This document shows, in pieces, positions 10,166 to 20,850 of a stretch of 26,370 nt of DNA. Under the pieces are notes generated by a model, which worked only from the letters and a program-made list of their open reading frames with translations, was not told where the DNA came from and searched no databases. The stretch's first letter is position 1, and the number at the start of each line of letters is the position of its first letter. This DNA comes from Octopus sinensis. Lineage: Eukaryota. The stretch is taken from the NCBI RefSeq assembly GCF_006345805.1, contig NW_021835641.1, positions 1 to 26,370 of the forward strand, in the 5' to 3' direction. A program made the position numbers and the translations under genes.

Positions 10166-13100
10166 GCCCTTTTAAAGCCTAGCCAGGCTCATGGGCCGGT
10201 TTCCCGGTTTCTATGGCGTATATGTCCCTAACTGGATGGGATGCCAGTCCATCGCAGCGTTACTCATTTTTGCCAGCTGAGTGAACTGGATCGACGTGAA
10301 ATGAAGTGTTTTGCTCAAAAGCAAAACGCGTCACCCGGTCCAGGATCGAAACCACAATCTTACGATCATGGTGCTGACACCCAACCACTAAGCCACGCAC
10401 CTCCACTTCTGCCCTTTTAAAGCCTAGCCAGGCTCATGGGCCCGGTTTCCCGGTTTCTATGGCGTATATGTTCCCTAACTGGATGGGATGCCAGTCCATC
10501 GCAGCGTTACTCATTTTTGCCAGCTGAGTGAACTGGATCGACACGTGAAATGAAGTGTTTTGCTCAAAAGCACAACGCGTCACCCGGTCCAGGAATCGAA
10601 ACCACAATCTTACGATCATGGTGCTGACACCCTAACCACTAAGCCACGCACCTCCACTTCTGCCTTTTTAAAGCCTAGCCAGGCTCATGGGCCCCGGTTC
10701 CCGGTTTCTATGGCGTATATGTTCCCTAACTGGATGGGATGCCAGTCCATCGCAGCGTTACTCATTTTTGCCAGCTGAGTGAACTGGATCGACGTGAAAT
10801 GAAGTGTTTTGCTCAAAGCAGCACAACGCGTCACCCGGTCCAGGAATCGAAACCACAATCTTACGATCATGGTGCTGACACCCTAACCACTAAGCCACGC
10901 ACCTCCACTTCTGCCCTTTTAAAGCCTAGCCAGGCTCATGGGCCCGGTTTCCCGGTTTCTGGCGTATATGTTCCCTAACTGGATGGGATGCCAGTCCATC
11001 GCAGCGTTACTCATTTTTGCCAGCTGAGTGAACTGGATCGACGTGAAATGAAGTGTTTTGCTCAAAAGCACAAAGCGCGTCACCCGGTCCAGGAATCGAA
11101 ACCACAATCTTACGCTACATGGTGCTGACACCTAACCAACTAAGCCACGCACCTCCACTTCTGCCCTTTTAAAGCCTAGCCAGGCTCATGGGCCCGGTTT
11201 CCCGGTTTCTATGGCGTATATGTTCCCTAACTGGAGGGGATGCCAGTCCATCGCCAGCGTTACTCATTTTTGCCAGCTGAGTGAACTGGATCGACGTGAA
11301 ATGAAGTGTTTTGCCTCAAAAGCACAACGCGTCACCGGTCCAGGAATCGAAAACACAACATCTTACGATCATGGTGCTGACACCCTAACCACTAAGCCAC
11401 GCACCTCCACTTCTGCCTTTTTAAAGCCTAGCCAGGCTCATGGGCCCGGTTTCCCGGTTCTATGGCGTATATTGTTCCCTAACTGGATGGGATGCCAGTC
11501 CATCAGCGTTCGACGTACTCATTTTTGCCAGCTGAGTGAACTGGATCGACGTGAAATGAAGTGTTTTGCTCAAAAGCACAACGCGTCACCCGGTCCAGGA
11601 ATCGAAACCACAATCTTACGATCATGGTGCTGACACCTAACCACTAAGCCACGCACCTCCACTTCTGCCCTTTTTAAAGCTAGCCAGGCTCATGGGCCGG
11701 TTTCCCGGTTCTATGGCGTATATGTTCCTAACTGGATGGGATGCCAGTCCATCGCAGCGTTACTCATTTTTGCCAGCTGAGTGAACTGGATCGACGTGAA
11801 ATGAAGTGTTTTGCTCAAAAGCACAACGCGTCACCCGGTCCAGGAATCGAAACCACAATCTTACGATCATGGTGCTGACACCCTAACCACTAAGCCACGC
11901 ACCTCCATTCTGCCCTTTTAAAGCCTAGCCAGGCTCATGGGCCCGGTTTCCGGTTTCTATGGCGTATATGTTCCCTAACTGGATGGGATGCCAGTCCATC
12001 GCAGCGTTACTCATTTTTGCCAGCTGAGTGAACTGGATCGACGTGAAATGAAGTGTTTGCTCAAAAGCAAACGCGTCACCCGGTCCAGGAATCGAAACCA
12101 CAATCTTACGATCATGGTGCTGACACCCTAACCACTAAGCCACGCACCTCCACTTCTGCCCTTTTAAAGCCTAGCCAGGCTCATGGGCCCGGTTTCCCGG
12201 TTTCTATGGCGTATATGTTCCCTAACTGGATGGGATGCCAGTCCATCGCAGCGTTACTCATTTTTGCCAGCTGAGTGAACTGGATCGACGTGAAATGAAG
12301 TGTTTTGCTCAAAAGCACAACGCGTCACCCGGTCCAGGAATCGAAACCACAATCTTACGATCATGGTGCTGACACCCTAACCACTAAGCCACGCACCTCC
12401 ACTTCTGCCCTTTTAAAGCCTAGCCAGGCTCATGGGCCCGGTTTCCCGGTTTCTATGGCGTATATGTTCCCTAACTGGATGGGATGCAGTCCATCGCAGC
12501 GTTACTCATTTTGCCAGCTGAGTGAACTGGATCGACGTGAAATGAAGTGTTTTGCTCAAAAGCACAACGCGTCACCCGGTCCAGGAATCGAAACCACAAT
12601 CTTACGATCATGGTGCTGACACCCTAACCACTAAGCCACGCACCTCCACTTCTGCCCTTTTAAAGCCTAGCCAGGCTCATGGGCCGGTTTCCCGGTTTCT
12701 ATGGCGTATATGTTCCCTAACTGGATGGGATGCCAGTCCATCGCAGCGTTACTCATTTTTGCCAGCTGAGTGAACTGGATCGACGTGAAATGAAGTGTTT
12801 TGCTCAAAAGCACAACGCGTCACCCGGTCCAGGAATCGAAACCACAATCTTACGATCATGGTGCTGACACCCTAACCACTAAGCCACGCACCTCCACTTC
12901 TGCCCTTTTAAAGCCTAGCCAGGCTCATGGGCCCGGTTTCCCGGTTTCTATGGCGTATATGTTCCCTAACTGGATGGGATGCCAGTCCATCGCAGCGTTA
13001 CTCATTTTTGCCAGCTGAGTGAACTGGATCGACGTGAAATGAAGTGTTTTGCTCAAAAGCACAACGCGTCACCCGGTCCAGGAATCGAAACCACAATCTT

Positions 13101-15142
13101 ACGATCATGGTGCTGACACCCTAACCACTAAGCCACGCACCTCCACTTCTGCCCTTTTAAAGCCTAGCCAGGCTCATGGGCCCGGTTTCCCGGTTTCTAT
13201 GGCGTATATGTTCCCTAACTGGATGGGATGCCAGTCCATCGCAGCGTTACTCATTTTTGCCAGCTGAGTGAACTGGATCGACGTGAAATGAAGTGTTTTG
13301 CTCAAAAGCACAACGCGTCACCCGGTCCAGGAATCGAAACCACAATCTTACGATCATGGTGCTGACACCACACCTAACCACTAAGTCACGCACCTCCACT
13401 TCTGCCCTTTTAAAGCCTAGCCAGGCTCATGGGCCCGGTTTCCCGGTTTCTATGGGGTATATGTTCCCTAACTGGATGGGATGCCAGTCCATCGCAGCGT
13501 TACTCATTTTTGCCAGCTGAGTGAACTGGATCGACGTGAAATGAAGTGTTTTGCTCAAAAGCACAACGCGTCACCCGGTCCAGGAATCGAAACCACAATT
13601 CTTACGATCATGGTGCTGACACCCTAACCACTAAGCCACGCACCTCCACTTCTGCCCTTTTAAAGCCTAGCCAGGCTCATGGGCCCGGTTTCCGGTTTCT
13701 ATGGCGTATATGTTCCCTAACTGGATGGGATGCCAGTCCATCGCAGCGTTACTCATTTTGCCAGCTGAGTGAACTGGATCGACGTGAAATGAAGTGTTTT
13801 GCTCAAAAGCACAACGCGTCACCCGGTCCAGGAATCGAAACCACAATCTTACGATCATGGTGCTGACACCCTAACCACTAAGCCACGCACCTCCACTTCT
13901 GCCCTTTTAAAGCCTAGCCAGGCTCATGGGCCTGGTTTCCCGGTTTCCATGGCGTATGTGTTCTGCAGATGGACGGGACGCCAGTCCATCGCAGCGTTAC
14001 TCATTTTTGCCAGCTGAGTGAACTGGATCGACGTGAAATGAAGTGTTTTGCTCAAAAGCACAACGCGTCACCCGGTCCAGGAATCGAAACCACAATCTTA
14101 CGATCATGGTGCTGACACCCTAACCACTAAGCCACGCACCTCCACTTCTGCCCTTTTAAAGCCTAGCCAGGCTCATGGGCCTGGTTTCCCGGTTTCCATG
14201 GCGTATGTGTTCTGCAGATGGACGGGACGCCAGTCATCGCCGCAGCGTACTCATTTTTGCCAGCTGAGTGAACTGGATCGACGTGAAATGAAGTGTTTTG
14301 CTCAAAAGCACAACGCGTCACCCGGTCCAGGAATCGAAACCACAATCTTACGATCATGGTGCTGACACCCTAACCACTAAGCCACGCACCTCCACTTCTG
14401 CCCTTTTAAAGCCTAGCCAGGCTCATGGGCCTGGTTTCCCGGTTTCCATGGCGTATGTGTTCTGCAGATGGACGGGACGCCAGTCCATCGCAGCGTTACT
14501 CATTTTTGCCAGCTGAGTGAACTGGATCGACGTGAAATGAAGTGTTTTGCTCAAAAGCACAACGCGTCACCCGGTCCAGGAATCGAAACCACAATCTTAC
14601 GATCATGGTGCTGACACCCTAACCACTAAGCCACGCACCTCCACTTCTGCCCTTTTAAAGCCTAGCCAGGCTCATGGGCTGGGTTTCCCGGTTTCCATGG
14701 CGTATGTGTTCTGCAGATGGACGGGACGCCAGTCCATCGCAGCGTTACTCATTTTTGCCAGCTGAGTGGACTGGAGCAACGTGAAATGAAGTGTTTTGCT
14801 CAAAAGCACAACGCGTCACCCGGTCCAGGAATCGAAACCACAATCTTACGATCATGGTGCTGACACCCTAACCACTAAGCCACGCACCTCCACTTCTGCC
14901 CTTTTAAAGCCTAGCCAGGCTCATGGGCCTGGTTTCCCGGTTTCCATGGCGTATGTGTTCTGCAGATGGACGGGACGCCAGTCCATCGCAGCGTTACTCA
15001 TTTTTGCCAGCTGAGTGGACTGGAGCAACGTGAAATGAAGTGTTTTGCTCAAGAACACAACGCGTCACCCGGTCCAGGAATCGAAAACACAATCTTACGA
15101 TCATGGTGCTGACACCCTAACCACTAAGCCACGCGCCTCCAC
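10166..15142 (-). repeat. Tandem head-to-tail array of 20 SINE copies (head C + CORE-like domain + tail Z), ~249 bp unit
   Basis: 20 occurrences of the ttgctcaa(aag/gaa)cacaacgcg motif and its variants at ~249 bp spacing; each unit has A box TGGCTTAGTGG and B box GGTTTCGATTCC on the minus strand; the (TTTA)n tail is present only at the left end (10146-10165); junction cctccac-ttct-gccctttt. Confidence 0.97.
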
Positions 15143-15175
15143 CTTCATACATTGTACGAACAGAATAAGCGGATA

Positions 15176-15240
15176 CGTTCAGGAATCGAACCCGTGTCTG
15201 CGAACTCCGTTTGGTACTAGCCACAACCTTTAGCTATTTA
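15176..15240 (-). mobile_element. Degenerate tRNA-like or SINE head fragment
   Basis: Minus strand TAGCTAAAGG (A-box-like) and GGGTTCGATTCC (B box); no cloverleaf evident. Confidence 0.35.
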
Positions 15241-15831
15241 CGATGTAACTCACAAACCATGACGCACTTCAACAGTACTTCCTGCTCAGGGATTTGATCT
15301 TGAAAAAAAGTAAAAAGTTATTGAGGTTTGGCAATGTAATGTGAGAGACTTTTTTTTCAGAACAAACTGTTAACGGAATTACCATTAGCGAGTGCTGTTT
15401 GAAGACTATGTAACGTAGGGAATACCTGGAGCGGGGGTACTTTCTATAGAGATATATAAATCGGCAGGGGGTGTTTTAACTCTGTGAGTAGGAGGAAAGC
15501 TTGTATATTCTTTAATATCCTCACAAACACACACACACGCACACACACATGAATAAGTACACATTCACTTGAATGACATACGCAAACAATTCGTACGCAC
15601 TCACCCATTCACCAAACTCACGCATTCGCATCCATACACACACACACACACACACACGTTTATGCATCCTGAAATATGTAAAAAGATAATAATTACATGG
15701 TAGTAATATTTCCTGAACAAATCAAAAGTCTCTCAAGGAACAGAAAGAAAAATATTAGGCAAACAACACCAAACCGCTAAAACTAATACGCATGTGTGTC
15801 TTTATAGGAAGATGAAAACGTACATACATAC

Positions 15832-15864
<33 letters not shown>

Positions 15865-15892
15865 GTGGTGTGTGTGTGTGTGTGTGTGTGTA

Positions 15893-16081
15893 GGCGAAGG
15901 GGTGGCTGTGTGGTAAGTAGCTTGCTTACCAGCCACGTGGTTCCGGGTTCAGTCCCACTGCGTGGCACCTTGGGCAAGTGTCTTCTACTATAGCCTCGGG
16001 CCGACCAAAACCTTGTGAGTGGATTTGGTAGGCGGAAACTAAAAGTAGCCCGTCGTATATATGTATGTATATTATATATAC

Positions 16082-16125
<44 letters not shown>

Positions 16126-16346
16126 ATGTTTGTGTGTCTGTGTTTGTCCCTCCAACATCGCTTGACGACCGATGGTGGTGTGTTTACGTCCCCGTAAGGT
16201 AGCGGTTCGGCAAAAGAGACCGATAGAATAAGTACTAGGCTTGCAAAGAATAAGTCCTGGGGTCGATTTGCTCGACTAAAGGCGGTGCTGCAGCATGGCC
16301 GCAGTCAAATGACTGAAACAAGTAAAAGAGTAAAAGAGTAAAGAGT
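15893..16346 (+). mobile_element. SINE family B, full length
   Basis: Head ggtggctgtgtggtaagtagc, internal (GT)n, tail agtaaaagagtaaaagagt. Confidence 0.9.
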
Positions 16347-16381
16347 ATATATATATATATATATATACATACATATATACA

Positions 16382-16631
16382 CTGTTGTGTCTGGGGAGAG
16401 TCATTCTCTTTCACAGTGCCTTATAATGTAACACTCTCACCGGTAAAATTTCCTCTCATTTACATATTTATATTTGTAAAATTTTCGTTACGTCTTTGCA
16501 ACTATTGAAAAGGTTGCAAAGACGTAACGAAAATTTTAGAAAAATGAATATGTAAATGAAAGGAAATTTTACCGGTGAGTGTGTTACATTATAAGGCACC
16601 AAAAGAGAACGACTCTCCCCAGACACAACAG
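16382..16631. repeat. Palindrome, ~120 bp arms (16382-16502 / 16513-16631), with a decayed hammerhead-like motif at the centre
   Basis: Arms are reverse complements with a few mismatches; centre reads ttgaaaa-ggttgc(aaagac)gtaac-gaaa-atttta; flanked by (AT)n. Confidence 0.85.
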
Positions 16632-16705
16632 AATATGCTTCAACACACGAACTCACATAAAGAATCTTGCAAACCAAATCCCAAAACGAAATATATATAG
16701 ATGTA

Positions 16706-16741
<36 letters not shown>

Positions 16742-16943
16742 TGTATGTATGTATGTATGTATGTATGTATTTATGTATGTATGTATATATGTATGTATGT
16801 ATGTATATGTATATGTGTGCGTGTATAAATAGCTACGTATATAGTGTCACATTATACCAATATATATCTGCATTTCCTTACCTATCTATCTACCTATATA
16901 CACACTAACACACACACACACATATATATTATTTGAGTCAAGT

Positions 16944-17056
16944 CAGTCCTCTTGCTATTCCGTGGGTGATGCACACGATCTTCAGGCAAGTTATGTGTCA
17001 CAACTTTCCAGAAGATCCTGTGCAGCTACAGCTGAAACTCAAAATAACAAGACACT
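16944..17056. repeat. Diverged inverted pair of hammerhead-like motifs
   Basis: Minus arm cttgcctgaagatcgtgtgca..aatagcaagaggactga versus plus arm ctttccagaagatcctgtgca..gaaactcaaaataacaagacactga. Confidence 0.45.
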
Positions 17057-17540
17057 GATTAGATCAACCTAAAATATATTATTAATCTCTACTTTAGTAT
17101 CGAGTATTCGTTTTTACAACGGTTACCACTAAACGGGCCTCTCTGTCTCCCTATCCCTGCAGTAAGGCTTCATTTCCACACACGCCAGCTTACTTTAATT
17201 CAGCCTTAGTCGAAAGACACCTCTTATGTCTTATTATTTGTATTGCATTTGTGTAACATTGGTGGGGTTTTTTCCGTCCTTGTTTTTGTATACATTCGCA
17301 GCTTTCTTCCAAGGAATCTAATGCTCTTAGCTTAGTTTTTCCTTGGGGCTGGCCAGATTGGAGCAATCTCGAGCATAATCAGCCGAAATTGCGAAGATAA
17401 TCTGGTGCTCGACTGAGGAACGAAAACTTCGAATGACCCGTCCTTGTTTTCTTTGTATCGTCTATCTGGATGTTTTGTTGTCCCATTTTTGTACCACCTA
17501 ACTGTCCGGATATTTTGCGTTCTTGTCCCATTTTGTATTA

Positions 17541-17715
17541 TCTATTATATAAAATCCGTTCTACCTGTCTGTATGTGTGTGTGTGTCTTCTAGGATCTCA
17601 AGCATCCTCCATCCGACTGCGCTCAAATTTGATATGTAGATACCGACGGTATCAGGGCGTGTATAAGTCTTGAAAAAATTATAAAAATCGATTCCAGGTG
17701 AGAATGCGATCGATA
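17541..17715 (+). mobile_element. Possible non-autonomous Helitron-like 5' end
   Basis: A|TC start (a-tctattatataaaa), a GTCT/GT microsatellite, then ccgact.cgctcaaatttg, as in DINE/Lep1-type elements; no 3' CTRR hairpin identified. Confidence 0.4.
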
Positions 17716-18001
17716 AAGTGAATAAAATCGTTTTTCTTTGGAATAGAAAAAAAGTCTATCTTTATTTCTTCTTTTGCTGGTGTTTCAAATTTAGGTTAAA
17801 TCAGTGTTTCTCAAAGGGGAGGCCCATGGGATGGTCGGACAAGTTGTTTTGAGAAAATTTGGTTTAAATGTTTGACAACTCAGCACCGTCCATATATATA
17901 CAGCAGTATCAGCGCCAAGCTGTGTTTAAACATATGTGAACTTTGAGTTCAAATATCTTCAACTTGTAATGGCAAACTCACTGCAGTTTCATATAGTCCT
18001 A

Positions 18002-18795
18002 CAGCACTAACCCTCTTCCACACTAAACTATTGCCACCAATGGACCAACACCACCCACCTCTCTTCGACTGTATTACCACTAATAGAGGTGCAGCACTAA
18101 CCACTAATAGAGGCGCACCACTAACCTACTCAGTACTATTCTTTTGCGACTGGTATATCTACAACACTAACCTCTTTTGAGCTCAACTACCACCGACAAA
18201 CGTGTAGCACTAACCTATTTAATATTATACTATTACTAATGTTATGTTTACAGCACAAACTTATCTTAAACTAACTTACCATTAATAGAGCTGCAGCACT
18301 AACCACTCTCACGCAATACTATTGCTACAAATAGACATACAGCACTAACTTATCTTTGACTGTACTGGATATGGAAGCACTCCGTCGGTTACGACGACGA
18401 GGGTTCCAGTTGATCCGAATCAACGGAACAACCTGCTCGTGAAATTAACGTGTAAGTGGCTGAGCACTCCACAGACACGTGTACTCTTAACGTACTCGGG
18501 GATATTCAGCGTGACACAGAGAGTGACAAGGCCGGCCCTTTGAAATACAGGTACAACAGAAACAGGAAGTAAGAGTGAGAGAAAGTTGTGGTGAAAGAGT
18601 ACAGCAGGGATCACTACCACCCCTGCCGGAGGCTCGTGGAGCTTTAGGCGTTTTCGCTCAATAAACACTCACAACGCCCGGTCTGGGAATCGAAACCGCG
18701 ATCCTATGACCGCGAGTCCGCTGCCCTAACCACTGGGCCATTGCGCCTCCACTCTGACTGTACTACCACCTACAGAAGTGCAGTGCTAACCTACT
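18002..18795. repeat. Degenerate ~44-46 bp minisatellite (CAGCACTAACC motif) interrupted by a SINE
   Basis: Motif variants at 18002, 18046, 18092, 18116, 18162, 18205, 18251, 18294, 18340 and 18781. Confidence 0.75.
18373..18752 (-). mobile_element. tRNA-derived SINE (head A + tail Y), full length
   Basis: Near-identical to 257-640; target-site duplication TGACTGTACT at 18357-18366 and 18755-18764. Confidence 0.92.
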
Positions 18796-19147
18796 TTTAA
18801 TGCTTCTATGAAAAGAAAACTAGAACGATAACATTTAAAACTGGTAGTTTATATGTTTTTTTTTTCTTCTGTGTGTTGTTTTTAATAGACTTTCCTCTTC
18901 CTCTTTTCCATCTTACGAAAATCATCAACAAACTTATAAGACAATCCTGTAAGATGTTAAGATCCCATTGAGGTCATCCGACCCCCAACTTTAAAGTGAG
19001 TCATCCAATCTATACAAGTAAGCTTTTCTCATCGATGCAGCGCATAGAGGGAACCGATCAATTGTGTAAAGTGAAAATCCAGCTGCCAACTCTGTGGGCA
19101 ACGAGGTCTAATGAGTACAGATGATCAGCGGGTGGGTCGTGAATGAC

Positions 19148-19242
19148 TTAACCCGACAGGCACATCAATGCAGGCTGGTTTGTGATTTGCGACGATTGTG
19201 GAGTAAGCGACGGTGTAGTTGGTGTACACGAGCGACGAAGAA
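19148..19242 (-). CDS. Candidate terminal coding exon of an unknown gene
   Basis: Minus-strand acceptor tgctttgcttttctcccctaAG, then a phase-2 frame LRRSCTPTTPSLTPQSSQITNQPALMCLSG*, in non-repetitive, GC-richer sequence. No homology recognised. Confidence 0.25.
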
Positions 19243-19346
19243 CTTAGGGGAGAAAAGCAAAGCATTAACCACGGAAAGCTGTTTGTAATCATCTGATATC
19301 TTTAAACGCAAACAATCTAAAGGACATTAATATTAAGGTCAGAAAC

Positions 19347-19915
19347 TAAGGCGGCGAGATGGCAGAATCGTTACCCCGCGCCGAGCGAAATGCTTAGCGG
19401 CTTTTCGGCCGTCGTTACGTTCTGTGTTCAAATTCCGTCGAGGTCGACTTTGCCTTTCATCCTTTCGGGGTCGATAAATTAAGTACCAATTGCGTACTGG
19501 AGTCAATCTAATTGACTGGTCCCCTCCCCCCGAAATTTCAAGCCTTGTGCCTAGATTAGAGAAAAAAGAAATTTCGTCCGTCTTTACGTTTTGAGTTTGA
19601 ATTCCGCCGAGGTCGACTTTGCCTTTCATCCTTTCGGGGTCGATAAATTAAGTACCAATTGCGTACTGGAGTCGATCTAATTGACTGGCCCCCTCCCCCC
19701 AAAATTTCAGGCCTTGTGCCTAGATTAGAGAAAAAAGAAATTTCGTCCGTCTTTACGTTTGGAGTTTGAATTCCGCCGAGGTCGACTTTGCCTTTCGTCC
19801 TGTCCAGATCGACTTTGCTCTCGTCCTTTCGGAATGGGTAAAATAAGTTCCATTTGAAGTCTGGGATCGATGTAATCGAGTTACCCTTCCGCTGAACTTG
19901 CTGTCCCCGTGCCAA
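19347..19915 (+). mobile_element. SINE family D trimer (full copy + chimeric copy + 5'-truncated copy), 169 bp period
   Basis: Junction tagattagagaaaaaagaaatttcgtccgtctttacgtt is repeated (tttcgtccgt at 19572 and 19741). Confidence 0.9.
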
Positions 19916-20106
19916 AATTTGAAACCAAAACCGTTTTCAACAACGGGAGGGGTAAAGTGTTAGGTAGTTAACACATGACTACATTGACTCACTGATGAGT
20001 TATTTTTCAGTTGTGTGTTCGAGTCCTACCAATGTCAAACTGTTTGTCTATTTTCCTGGAATTGATTATAAAATTACCTACCAGTTGCAATTTAAATAAT
20101 AGCTTC

Positions 20107-20298
20107 AAATTTTGGCACAAGGCCATCAATTTTTATGGGAGAGTGGTATAGTTGATTCCATCGACCGACTGGTACTTATTTTATCGACCCTGAAAGGATG
20201 AAAGGCAAAGTCGACCTGGGTGGTATTTGAACTCAGAACGTAAAAAGCCGGAAGAATTGCTGCCAGACGCACTAATGATTCTGCCAGCTCGCCACCTT
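20107..20298 (-). mobile_element. SINE family D
   Basis: ggcacaaggcc..gaaaggatgaaaggcaaagtcgacc..ctgccagctcgccacctt. Confidence 0.85.
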
Positions 20299-20394
20299 GT
20301 TTGCATTTTAAATAACCCCTCCTAACTTTGACACGAGTTAGCAATTTTGCATATTAAATAATGAAATTAGGTTGTGTGTTCCTCCTACCTCCAA

Positions 20395-20555
20395 TATTAG
20401 ATAAGCTCTTTTGATACCAACTCGCCTGAGACCGCCTCTGGTTCTATGAATTAAATTTCCTGTTTAAAGTGATTTAAATTAAAAACATCCATAAAAAAAT
20501 TTCCTGTTGATTTATGTTCTAACCATCAGCTTCATAATGACGAAGTTATTTCACT
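20395..20555 (+). mobile_element. Probable non-autonomous DNA transposon end fragment
   Basis: The first 43 bp are an exact reverse complement of 4311-4353; classification is from recollection of similar repeats only. Confidence 0.4.
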
Positions 20556-20557
20556 CG

Positions 20558-20712
20558 AATGGCTGTGTGGTGCAGAAGCTTGCTTTCCACCCACGTGGTT
20601 TCAGGTTCATTCCCTCTGCATGGCACCTTGGGCAAGTGTCTTCTACTATAGCTCCGAGTCAACCAACGTCTTGTGAGTGCACCTGATAAACAGAAACTGT
20701 ATAGAAACTTGT
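20558..20712 (+). mobile_element. SINE family B head, diverged
   Basis: atggctgtgtgg..ggcaccttgggcaagtgtcttctactatagc. Confidence 0.8.
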
Positions 20713-20850
20713 CATATATATATATATTAATAGAAGGGTAAAATTTATTAATTAAATTAATTAATTAATTAATCAATCAATTAATTAACAATTTTACCAA
20801 GTAAATCGGTACGTTAAAATAAAATTATAGGTAAAATTATGCACATAATT

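Noticed and set aside
10166-12160. Scattered 1-3 bp indels in array units 1-8 as real unit polymorphism
   Set aside because: Private to single units and mostly in homopolymers, typical of long-read consensus error; only shared multi-site variant blocks were interpreted.
10166-15142. CRISPR array or tRNA gene cluster
   Set aside because: No unique spacers, the unit is 249 bp and the context is eukaryotic; the head has A/B boxes but its 5' end does not pair with the 3' end to form an acceptor stem.
10140-15160. Target-site duplication around the whole array
   Set aside because: Flanks (ttgtaaatat.. and cttcatacattgta..) share no convincing direct repeat at the boundaries, so single-event integration of a multimer is not supported.
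10434-15233. Repeated 60-140 aa ORFs (MLKSTTRHPVQESK...) in the array
   Set aside because: Antisense readings of a SINE, many starting at TTG/GTG, broken by indels from unit to unit; similar ORFs arise from dispersed copies (955-1140).
17405-17435. ctgaggaacgaaaac as a hammerhead
   Set aside because: No stem II and no valid UH site in register with stem I.
17200-17540. Possible retroelement 3' end or structured RNA
   Set aside because: Looks repeat-like, but there is no second copy, coding homology or defined motif within the window to support a call.
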